Positions 44,676 to 52,859 of a stretch of DNA of 64,000 bases are shown in pieces; the first letter of the stretch is position 1, and each line of letters begins with the position of its first letter. The position numbers and the translations under genes are program-made. Origin of the DNA: a virus. The notes beneath the pieces are model-generated. The model saw only the letters and a program-made list of their open reading frames with translations, was not told the DNA's origin and did no database searches. Where the stretch lies: the IMG/VR virus record IMGVR_UViG_3300017971_000032, positions 13,501-77,500 of that record; one strand, 5' to 3'.

Positions 44676-47195
44676 TTGAGCAAGAAGCCGTTTAGCGTAC
44701 AACAAGCACAGAATGTCGAGCCATTAGATCTCGGCATGTCTCTGCCAATAACATTCTTCTCCAACCAGGAGATAGCTCCTGAATGGGATGCGGCTGATAG
44801 GGACGCTTGGCTGCGTAAATTTTGGAAGATGTTTGGTAATGACATGCTACAGGGTGTCTTGGCTGCTAGTGTAGCTAAGGTTCAAACCCAGAACTGGGAG
44901 CTGGAAGGGCCAGAAGGTCTGGTTGACTTGTACCATCCTATCATGCGGGATGACGCTAACTTTGGCAAAGGCTATGGCGATCTGGTAGCCAGGGGTGTGG
45001 TTGACTACTACACACAGGATAATGGATGGTTTATGGAACGTCAGCGTTCTGGCGCTAAAGACCACGAAGGCCCCATGTTAGGTTTGGCTCACCTAGATTC
45101 TGCTCGCATGAGACCTACAGGCAATGCTGACTATCCATACATATACATGGATGTGTATGGAGAGCATCACTTAATGCATCGTTCTCAGTTCATAAGAATT
45201 GTGGACATGCCTAATCCTAAGACTGAGCTTCACGGTTGGGACAAAGGATTCTGTGCTTTGTCCAGAGCACTCTCCACTGCTCTCATATTGACAATGCTCG
45301 TGACGCTGAAACAAGAGAAGCTATCAGATCTGCCTCCCTCAGCGCTGGCAATCTTCAACAACCTAACACGCAAACAGTTTGAGAAGGCTATATCACTATA
45401 TGGGGCGCAGGAGGACATGAAAAACAACACTGTTTGGCGTTCTCTCATGCCTCTGTTTGGTATAGATCCAGCCCATCCAGCCAGCGTTCAATTCATATCA
45501 TTACGGGAAGTGTGGGAGTCATATGATGACATGACTGCCATGAATATTGCTGCATACTCGTTTGCGGCTGCTTGGCGCATAGATCCACGTGAATTTTGGC
45601 CGGTCTCTCAAGGCCCACTCGGCACTGGCAAGGAGGCAGAGGTTCAGCATCAGAAGGCCAAGGCTAAGTCCACAGGGTTGTTGTTCACAGAGATTGAACG
45701 TGCCTTCAATGCTCGTGAGAGCTTGCCGGATGGGTTGACATTCAAATATGCGCTTCAGGATGCAGATGAGGAACAGCAACGTGCAGCTATACACCAGCTT
45801 CAGATAGGCAATGTAAAGACTATGCAAGAAGCTGGTGCGTCGTTGACACCGGACGAGGTACGATGGATATTATCTACACAGTACAGGATACTGCCTAGAG
45901 AATTGGCTAAAGTGCCTGCCGAGGGTGAGGAGTTCAATCTGGTCAACGCCCGTATGTATCTGGATGACGTGGAGCGTCAGGCCAAAGAGTATCATGGATG
46001 GTACTGGGGGCCATGTGTAAGGATGGATGCCTACGGCAAGAAGGAGATGGCATCCCCTGGCGGATCCAGGTTGCCTACAGGCATAATGTATTTAGGTGAG
46101 AAGGGTGGTCCAGGTAGCGGGAATTGGGGACATGCGGGTCGTCCTGGGATGGTTGGTGGTAGTGCTAAGCGTGGTGGAGGTATTGCTGGTGTAACTTTGG
46201 TGGATAGGGCCAGTGAGGTAATGCAGGATGATGGTGGTAGTTTAAGATATTATATAATGCCTGATGGGAAACTAGCGGATGTGTCGGGAACTGATGATGG
46301 TGCAAGCGAATGCACCCATGCCGAATATGCGGCAAGGTTTCCAGGTTTATTTGGTATAGACAAGAAGCCAATGACTTTGGAAGAAATATGGCAAACGCAT
46401 ACTGGGTTGAGCGTGGAAGTGGCAAAGGAATATTTGCAGGATGTGAATGATGCAGGTGCTATAACGGTTTTACAATATGGCAATCAAATTGGACTTGCAG
46501 GCAATTTGCCAATCACGACTCCAAACTTACGTAAAATACATTCTTGGTTGGATAAGGGTAAATTGCCTGTAAGACGCAACTCCACATATGCATGGCAAGA
46601 TATGTCGAGCGGAAAATCTGTTACAGTTAGTTATGATGATTTGATAACGTCCAGAAATGTGAGAGATTTGCAAGTGTTATCTAAGGAGCTCAATGACAAT
46701 CTTGTCTTTGGATCCAAAGAAGCATTAACTGATGGTTTGAAGGGGCAATTTACCTGTTGTGAGAGCCATGCGGCTCAGATGTTCCCAGACATAGTCAATG
46801 ATTTGTTTGAGTTAGGCTATCTGTCTGTGGAAGAGGCTTGCAAAGCCAGTATGGCTCCATCTGCTTGGGTGTATGGTGTAGCAGGCGCGATTGCTCCAGC
46901 TACTGCTGGCAAGCGTGATGTCTTGCTGGCTGCTGCCGAGGAAATTTCACGTTGCTTGGGTGAAGTTGAATTTGCTTTGGGGGAGAAGGAGAGCAAGGGG
47001 TTGCAGACCATCAACCAAAAGATAGCATCCCTGCCTGCCCCTATTGCACGCACCGTTCGAGACAATGCCAAACGTTTACAGGGTGCCATGAATTCAACAA
47101 CCAAACGCAGACAGAATGCTTTGAAGGCTATTCCTGATGAGTTGTGGGATGAATGGGTGGCTGAGGATGAGTTGGCAGAGCAAATAGGGACTTGA
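44676..47195 (+). CDS. Portal protein with a long motif-tagged C-terminal extension
   Basis: First gene of the head operon; DYYTQDNGWFMERQR...LGLAHLD portal-like pattern; tag at aa 476. Confidence 0.75.
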   Translation: MSKKPFSVQQAQNVEPLDLGMSLPITFFSNQEIAPEWDAADRDAWLRKFWKMFGNDMLQGVLAASVAKVQTQNWELEGPEGLVDLYHPIMRDDANFGKGYGDLVARGVVDYYTQDNGWFMERQRSGAKDHEGPMLGLAHLDSARMRPTGNADYPYIYMDVYGEHHLMHRSQFIRIVDMPNPKTELHGWDKGFCALSRALSTALILTMLVTLKQEKLSDLPPSALAIFNNLTRKQFEKAISLYGAQEDMKNNTVWRSLMPLFGIDPAHPASVQFISLREVWESYDDMTAMNIAAYSFAAAWRIDPREFWPVSQGPLGTGKEAEVQHQKAKAKSTGLLFTEIERAFNARESLPDGLTFKYALQDADEEQQRAAIHQLQIGNVKTMQEAGASLTPDEVRWILSTQYRILPRELAKVPAEGEEFNLVNARMYLDDVERQAKEYHGWYWGPCVRMDAYGKKEMASPGGSRLPTGIMYLGEKGGPGSGNWGHAGRPGMVGGSAKRGGGIAGVTLVDRASEVMQDDGGSLRYYIMPDGKLADVSGTDDGASECTHAEYAARFPGLFGIDKKPMTLEEIWQTHTGLSVEVAKEYLQDVNDAGAITVLQYGNQIGLAGNLPITTPNLRKIHSWLDKGKLPVRRNSTYAWQDMSSGKSVTVSYDDLITSRNVRDLQVLSKELNDNLVFGSKEALTDGLKGQFTCCESHAAQMFPDIVNDLFELGYLSVEEACKASMAPSAWVYGVAGAIAPATAGKRDVLLAAAEEISRCLGEVEFALGEKESKGLQTINQKIASLPAPIARTVRDNAKRLQGAMNSTTKRRQNALKAIPDELWDEWVAEDELAEQIGT
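46101..46163 (+). repeat. Peptide tag copy 2 of 6 (inside portal)
   Basis: KGGPGSGNWGHAGRPGMVGGS. Confidence 0.97.
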
Positions 47196-47198
47196 CAT

Positions 47199-48779
47199 AT
47201 GCCACCACGTCAATGGGAGCCAATAGTTGAAGATTTCTCTGTGGTGATGAAGAAGGTACACCTTCTCTTTCGCCGTGATCAAGTGGACATTGAAAATATA
47301 TATGCCGAGATCTTCCGTGAGAAGCGTGAGGCCTACGAGGATGGATTGGCAATCCAAGCAGCTAATGTAGGATGTGCTGGCAGACGTGGCATCACTCCGC
47401 CTGATGTGATGAAGGAAATTAGTGATGAGGCTCACACGGAGGCAGCTGGCATAGCTAATACATACAACTACGATTTGGCTTTGGCTGTGAGGGCCATTCG
47501 TACTGAGACGCCACGTGCCAACCGTTGGACATATGCTAAACGTTTGGGTGAGTGGGAAGCCACGCGTGACGAGTGGAAGAGCAAGCAAATATCGCTGTGG
47601 AATCAGATGAAGTGGCAAGACCGTGCCACACGTGATTTCATGCAACACAACCCACAAGCATTGAAGGGTTGGGCCAAGGTTGAGCCATCTGGTCGCGCAG
47701 TTTGCGATGTGTGTCAATATTGGGTCAATCGGGGCAAGGTGTCCATAGATGAGACACGCAAACAAGAATGGCCAGCTCATCTGAATTGTCCTCATTATTG
47801 GGATGTGCATTACACAGGCAAGGTGGATTGCAAGGAGCTGTGGCTTGGCGCACCATTGCGTGAGTGGTGGGAGGGCAAGGAGATTGGAGAGAAAGGTGGC
47901 CCTGGTTCTGGTAACTGGGGACACGCAGGTCGTCCTGGAATGGTAGGTGGTAGTGCTAAGCGTAGCGTGGCCATGTCTATCAGAACTGGTAGAGATTGGC
48001 AGGAAAGACAACAAGCAGCCAAGAAGATGGCCGAAGCTCAGAAGGCATCTGTGGCTGGTGTGGAAGGGGAATGTAAGCGTGCTATTGATGAATTTATTGG
48101 GGACATTAGTTATGGCCCAGGTGCTTTTGATAATCTGGTAGAGATAAATGATGACGACATTAAAGCCATGTTTGGATTGGGTCATATGGATTATAGGGCT
48201 GATATTAAGGTGATCACTGTGGGAGAGCATGGCAATGTGACCAGACTTGAGATAGATTATTATGATGCGGATGGATCTACAGTAGCCAATGTGGCAAGAG
48301 AGTTGCGCAGGATGGGTGGTGAGGAATGGATGGCATACAACGAGCTGTTGGATGTAATGCCTGAGTATCAGGACAAGGGCATAGCAACCAGTTTGTATAA
48401 TAGGCAGATATACACATTAAGGAATGCCGGTGCATCTGAAATTCAATTATATGCTAATATATCTATAGGACGTTATGCATGGGCCAAAAAGGGGTTTGAT
48501 TATAAGGAAGGCAGCAAGAAATATACGTTGAGACGGGTCAATAGCAATTTTAGGAAATGGGCAGATGACAAGGGCATTCCTGAGCCTTCTGGGGGTTGGC
48601 CTACATTTGATTCAGCCCATAGCGTAGCCACATATAGTCACCCCACTCACACAGTGAAAGGATCGGACATATACAATGATGATGTGGCTGATGATTATGT
48701 TATGCACTTAGGCAAAGCGTTCATGTTGGAATTGCATCACGGGCATGGGCCATGGAATGGCGTATTGAAGTTGAACTGA
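47199..48779 (+). CDS. MuF/SPP1 gp7-like minor head protein fused via the tag to a GNAT acetyltransferase domain
   Basis: VCDVC...PAHLNCPH (MuF C-terminal motif); V.PEYQDKGIATSL...YAWAKKGF (GNAT). Confidence 0.75.
   Translation: MPPRQWEPIVEDFSVVMKKVHLLFRRDQVDIENIYAEIFREKREAYEDGLAIQAANVGCAGRRGITPPDVMKEISDEAHTEAAGIANTYNYDLALAVRAIRTETPRANRWTYAKRLGEWEATRDEWKSKQISLWNQMKWQDRATRDFMQHNPQALKGWAKVEPSGRAVCDVCQYWVNRGKVSIDETRKQEWPAHLNCPHYWDVHYTGKVDCKELWLGAPLREWWEGKEIGEKGGPGSGNWGHAGRPGMVGGSAKRSVAMSIRTGRDWQERQQAAKKMAEAQKASVAGVEGECKRAIDEFIGDISYGPGAFDNLVEINDDDIKAMFGLGHMDYRADIKVITVGEHGNVTRLEIDYYDADGSTVANVARELRRMGGEEWMAYNELLDVMPEYQDKGIATSLYNRQIYTLRNAGASEIQLYANISIGRYAWAKKGFDYKEGSKKYTLRRVNSNFRKWADDKGIPEPSGGWPTFDSAHSVATYSHPTHTVKGSDIYNDDVADDYVMHLGKAFMLELHHGHGPWNGVLKLN
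47892..47954 (+). repeat. Peptide tag copy 3 of 6 (inside MuF-like protein)
   Basis: KGGPGSGNWGHAGRPGMVGGS. Confidence 0.97.
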
Positions 48780-48786
48780 GGTGATC

Positions 48787-48915
48787 ATGATAGTAGATGT
48801 GCTTGAAGGCGAGGAAGTTGAGAACGACTCGGATATAGAGTTCTGGAATTATGTACTGTACGATGATGATATTGATGTAATGACCTATCAGGAGGAGTTT
48901 GATCTTCCTGATTGA
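48787..48915 (+). CDS. Very acidic 42-aa peptide (possible immunity protein)
   Basis: GAGGT RBS; 16 D/E and no K/R; directly after the GNAT cargo. Confidence 0.5.
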   Translation: MIVDVLEGEEVENDSDIEFWNYVLYDDDIDVMTYQEEFDLPD

Positions 48916-48947
48916 CTTGATGATAATCTTAGGAGGAGGTGATATAG

Positions 48948-49217
48948 GTGAATCAAGACATGTCATATTCGGATCCAGAGGCTGATATTGAAGAACTCGT
49001 TGAAGCTGAGGATGAAAAGACTGGTTGGGACTACTTCTGGGACTTGCTCTCAGAGAGTACGCTTGCATCGGCTGCCATTGCACTGACTTTGGTAGGCACT
49101 GCGTGCTACATGTGGAGTGTAGGCCAGGAGGTGCCTGATCAGTTGTACAACCTGCTACAGCTTGTAGTAGGATACTTCTTCGTATCCAAGACAGCAGCCT
49201 CTGCACGTAGGATGTAG
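48948..49217 (+). CDS. Small membrane protein (holin-like)
   Basis: AGGAGG RBS; two hydrophobic segments, VVGYFF. Confidence 0.55.
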   Translation: MNQDMSYSDPEADIEELVEAEDEKTGWDYFWDLLSESTLASAAIALTLVGTACYMWSVGQEVPDQLYNLLQLVVGYFFVSKTAASARRM

Positions 49218-49227
49218 GAGGTAACAT

Positions 49228-50541
49228 ATGCCGTATTCTAGTATGGAACAAGCTAATCCATCACTCAAAGGCATCGAGCCGCCTATTTCATTGATACAAG
49301 CCAACCAGATAGCAGCGGTGGCAGACAGAATCACAGGCGTGGACAGCCCCTGGGCAGTGGCTATCAGTCAGTTCAAGAAAAGTCATACTGTCAAGGATGG
49401 TAAGTGGGTCAAGAAGGAAGGCAGTGAGTGGGGTGGCAAGAAGGAGTACGTATCTGGGCTGAAGGCCATCGAACGTGATGGTGATCAGTATCTAGTGCTG
49501 TGGACATCGAATGCGTTCGAAGATGACGAGAAGGAGATCTTTGCAACTAAGGCATGGGAGGACTATGTTGAACGTTGTGATGAAAATCCTGAACTGCGTG
49601 GGCGTGTGTGGTTCTGGCATGTCAAATCTACGGACTTCGCAGATGTTGTCTGGCAGGGTATGGTAGGGCGCATTCTTGTGGAGGTGGCTAAGGTTGACAA
49701 TACGGCATATGGTCAGAAGATGTTCCATGCGCTCCAGAATCCAGATGAGCACCCGGACGTGGTGCCGTTTGGGTGGGGCACTAGCCATGGGTATGTGTAC
49801 AAGCCTGGCACGAAGCATATAGGGCCACCAAATGTGTATACGTGGGTTCATAAATTTGAGACTACCGTGTTGCCGTACGACCGGGCAGCGAACAAACACG
49901 GTGGCGTCAAGGAGGTGATAGACATGTCCGTTTCAAAGAAGAAGGTTGAAGGTCTGGCTAGCATCGTTGGTGAGGATCAAGCCAAGCAGCTGTTGGGAGA
50001 TACTGAGGCTGCCAGTGACGAGTACGAGAAGCAGTATGCCTTCAAGGAGAAGGACGAGGCTGGGGATGAGGATGAGAAGGGTGTTGCCAAGCCTGTCAAA
50101 GCGGTGACTGAGGATGAAGAAGACGAGGAAGAAAAGGCTGAGGAAGAGGAAACCGCTGAGGAATCCAAGGAGGTGTGGGAGATGGAGGTGACTGATGAAT
50201 TAATGAAGGAGATTGCCGCCCATGTCCCAGTGGCTGAGGCTGTCGAGGCAGTTGTCAAGGAGCTAATGCCTAAGTATCTGGGCGAGGCACTGAAGGAATT
50301 GGTGCCACAGATGGAAACGGCAGTGAAGGAAGCTGTTGAATCCACCACTGTGGCATCCAAGGAGAGTATTGTCCAACAGGCAGTGGCTGGCACGTTGCGA
50401 TTGACGCCCTACTCTGCTAGCAAGGATGAGGGCAACGTGGTGAGTGAGAAGGAAGTGGATGAGCACTTCAAGGGCAATGACAAAGCCCAGCAGGGTGATG
50501 TAGTCCATGCAGTAGTCCAGCGCATGTTGGCTGGCATGTAG
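49228..50541 (+). CDS. Probable prohead protease/scaffold protein with ChaB-like N-terminus
   Basis: Lies before the capsid gene; MPYSS...KDGKWVKK; SNAFEDD.KE, FWH, GTSHGY, FETTVLP...AAN; acidic helical C-terminus. Confidence 0.65.
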   Translation: MPYSSMEQANPSLKGIEPPISLIQANQIAAVADRITGVDSPWAVAISQFKKSHTVKDGKWVKKEGSEWGGKKEYVSGLKAIERDGDQYLVLWTSNAFEDDEKEIFATKAWEDYVERCDENPELRGRVWFWHVKSTDFADVVWQGMVGRILVEVAKVDNTAYGQKMFHALQNPDEHPDVVPFGWGTSHGYVYKPGTKHIGPPNVYTWVHKFETTVLPYDRAANKHGGVKEVIDMSVSKKKVEGLASIVGEDQAKQLLGDTEAASDEYEKQYAFKEKDEAGDEDEKGVAKPVKAVTEDEEDEEEKAEEEETAEESKEVWEMEVTDELMKEIAAHVPVAEAVEAVVKELMPKYLGEALKELVPQMETAVKEAVESTTVASKESIVQQAVAGTLRLTPYSASKDEGNVVSEKEVDEHFKGNDKAQQGDVVHAVVQRMLAGM

Positions 50542-50586
50542 TATAGATCTATTGCACTTATTTATAATTTGATTGGAGGTGGAATT

Positions 50587-52158
50587 ATGGCTACTGAAAA
50601 TGGCCTGAACGTGGATGTTCTGGCCGGTGCGTTGGCACGAGTGATGCTTCACCCTGAGCAATACGGTGCGGACGTGTCCTATCCGTTGTTCAAAGGGGTG
50701 ATGGGGCAAGGTACGAAGGGAGTCACTGGAACACCATCCTTTGTGTCTGCCCATGGTCCTGGGGGCATCTTCTCTACGCCTGGCATCGAGAATGTGGTGG
50801 TGAATGCGCATATGACGCCAAGGGACATGGACAGCATGCTGCCTGTGTACCCCACAGTGTACACCAATCCATTGTACCCATCCCTGACCGGGTTTTCAGA
50901 GGACGATGGTGATGAACCTACAGGCGAGTGCGAGAACTGCCTGGGTGGGACGATGCAGGGTTGCACACTCACTGCCACGTTCGGACGTGTGTGCCGTGAG
51001 ACTGACGAGATCGCAATCAATGAGACAATGCAGATGATCAATCGTGGCGAGACCACGCCGTTGACAATCCTGGGTGATGTGCTCGGCCCTGGTGGCATCT
51101 CTCGTATGCCTAACACGCCTGGGGAATGGCTGGAGGTGGTCACTCGCGCAGAGATGGTGAAAGTTGCCGTGCTCATCCAGCGCTGGTTGGTGCGGCGCAC
51201 ATGGGATGGCAATCCGGCCAACAACACTGGCCCTGGCTATATGGAGTTCCCTGGCCTCAACATGCTCGTTGGCACTGGCAAGATGGATGCCATCACCGGC
51301 ACAGCCTGCCCTGCCCTTGACAGTGATGTCAAGAACTTCAACTATACTGATGTAGGAGGGGCAGTGGCTGGTAACAACATCGTGGTCTACATGAGTATGC
51401 TGGAATGGTGGATTCGTCACAATGCTGACCGTATGGGTTTGGAGCCTGCGACGTGGCTGTGGGCAATGAGACCGGAGCTGTGGTTTGAACTCACGGCCAT
51501 CTGGCCTTGCTCCTATCTCACGGATCGATGCAACAACACGCAGCAAGCCATGCGTTGGGCGCAGGATCCTGGTGGTGGCTGGCACTCAATCCCGATGGGC
51601 AACACATATCTGGAGGGAACGACCAACGTGGACATGCGGGATGCGATGCGCCAGAATCTCCAGCTCACCGTGAATGGCCGCACATACCCGGTGGTGCTGT
51701 GCGATGGTATACCTGAGGAGCAGGGTGGCGATCCAAGCCTGGACAACTGGGTGGACGATCTGGATCCGGGCGAGTTCGCTTCTGACATCTTCTTCCTGCC
51801 TCTGACGTGCCGTGGTGGGATGAAGACGCTGTATTGGGAGCACATGGACTACTCCAAGGCCAATTCAGAGGTGGCATTGTCTAAGTCCGGCAACGACTTC
51901 TGGACTGATGGCGGACGCTTCTTCTGGACAGCGGAACGGAAGATGTGGTGCTACATCATGGCGGCAAAGATCCAGCCACGCATCATCCTCCGTACGCCAC
52001 ACATTGCGGGACGCATCGACGACGTGGCATACACTCCGCTCCAGCACCTGCGCAGTCCCTTCTATGGCGATCCGTACTTCTTGAAGGGTGGTGTCAGCAC
52101 ACGGGACAACCCTGCGAGTGACTACTACTCCGAGTGGAATCCTACAGGGCCAAGGTAA
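50587..52158 (+). CDS. Major capsid protein
   Basis: Follows protease/scaffold; GGAGGT RBS; WDGNPANN...EFPGL pattern; C-rich codon usage distinct from its neighbours. Confidence 0.75.
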   Translation: MATENGLNVDVLAGALARVMLHPEQYGADVSYPLFKGVMGQGTKGVTGTPSFVSAHGPGGIFSTPGIENVVVNAHMTPRDMDSMLPVYPTVYTNPLYPSLTGFSEDDGDEPTGECENCLGGTMQGCTLTATFGRVCRETDEIAINETMQMINRGETTPLTILGDVLGPGGISRMPNTPGEWLEVVTRAEMVKVAVLIQRWLVRRTWDGNPANNTGPGYMEFPGLNMLVGTGKMDAITGTACPALDSDVKNFNYTDVGGAVAGNNIVVYMSMLEWWIRHNADRMGLEPATWLWAMRPELWFELTAIWPCSYLTDRCNNTQQAMRWAQDPGGGWHSIPMGNTYLEGTTNVDMRDAMRQNLQLTVNGRTYPVVLCDGIPEEQGGDPSLDNWVDDLDPGEFASDIFFLPLTCRGGMKTLYWEHMDYSKANSEVALSKSGNDFWTDGGRFFWTAERKMWCYIMAAKIQPRIILRTPHIAGRIDDVAYTPLQHLRSPFYGDPYFLKGGVSTRDNPASDYYSEWNPTGPR

Positions 52159-52183
52159 GACGTGGGTTAGGTTATAGGGGAAG

Positions 52184-52195
52184 CGGTTTAGTATA
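52184..52195 (+). promoter_or_regulatory. Phage promoter-like motif CGGTTTAGTATA (copy 7)
   Basis: Exact copy after the capsid gene. Confidence 0.7.
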
Positions 52196-52200
52196 GGGAT

Positions 52201-52238
52201 AGGGTGGGCGTGGTCGTATCCACGGCTGCGCCCACCCT
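52201..52238 (+). other. 17-bp RNA hairpin with three G-U pairs
   Basis: AGGGTGGGCGTGGTCGT-ATCC-ACGGCTGCGCCCACCCT. Confidence 0.7.
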
Positions 52239-52252
52239 CGAAGAGGCATTCT

Positions 52253-52840
52253 ATGAGCAAAACTTATCTGGTGCGTGTATGTAAAGCGCGTGATGAGGGG
52301 CAAGGCGTGGGTGGTGTTAGGCAGGGGGATGGTGGCGCAGACAAGTGCTATTGCCCCGATTGTGACAAGACCTTTGCCCATGAAAAAGGCAAGCCTTGCT
52401 CTGAGCAGGCCTGTCCTGAGTGTGGTGGCACTCTTCAAGGGGTGGGGGAGAAAGGTGGTCCTGGTTCTGGTAATTGGGGTCATGCAGGCAGACCTGGGCT
52501 AGTAGGTGGTAGTGCCGGCAGAGGTGGGGGCGGAGTTGCGAAGACGGCTCAAGGAGCGTTTGACCCACGCATGCCGTTGAGTGAAGTTGAGAAATTAATG
52601 AGGGATGATGGGTGGGAAGTAGGGACTATGTATGGAACCACGGCATTAGGGCATTCCAAGGTCAAGGGAGACGGGGTGGCCATGGCAGTGGAGAGCGATG
52701 ATGCTGGACGGTGGGGCACAGAATTGACTATCAGATCTGGCAGTTGGAGTACTACTATAGATGCTGGCAGTTTGAGATTTACTCCGGAGCAGGCTCACAG
52801 CAAATTGAGGGCGAAATTGCAGGAGCATTTTCAGGAGTGA
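52253..52840 (+). CDS. Zinc finger + peptide tag + unknown cargo
   Basis: CYCPDC...H..G.PC....CPECG, then tag at aa 67. Confidence 0.75.
   Translation: MSKTYLVRVCKARDEGQGVGGVRQGDGGADKCYCPDCDKTFAHEKGKPCSEQACPECGGTLQGVGEKGGPGSGNWGHAGRPGLVGGSAGRGGGGVAKTAQGAFDPRMPLSEVEKLMRDDGWEVGTMYGTTALGHSKVKGDGVAMAVESDDAGRWGTELTIRSGSWSTTIDAGSLRFTPEQAHSKLRAKLQEHFQE
52451..52513 (+). repeat. Peptide tag copy 4 of 6
   Basis: KGGPGSGNWGHAGRPGLVGGS. Confidence 0.97.
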
Positions 52841-52859
52841 CATGTCTCCAAGGAGTTGA

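Noticed and set aside
47094-48230. Long antisense ORF (378 aa) and similar shadow ORFs opposite the capsid, tail and glycan genes
   Set aside because: They lie opposite well-supported genes, lack RBS and motifs, and reflect coding-strand codon bias
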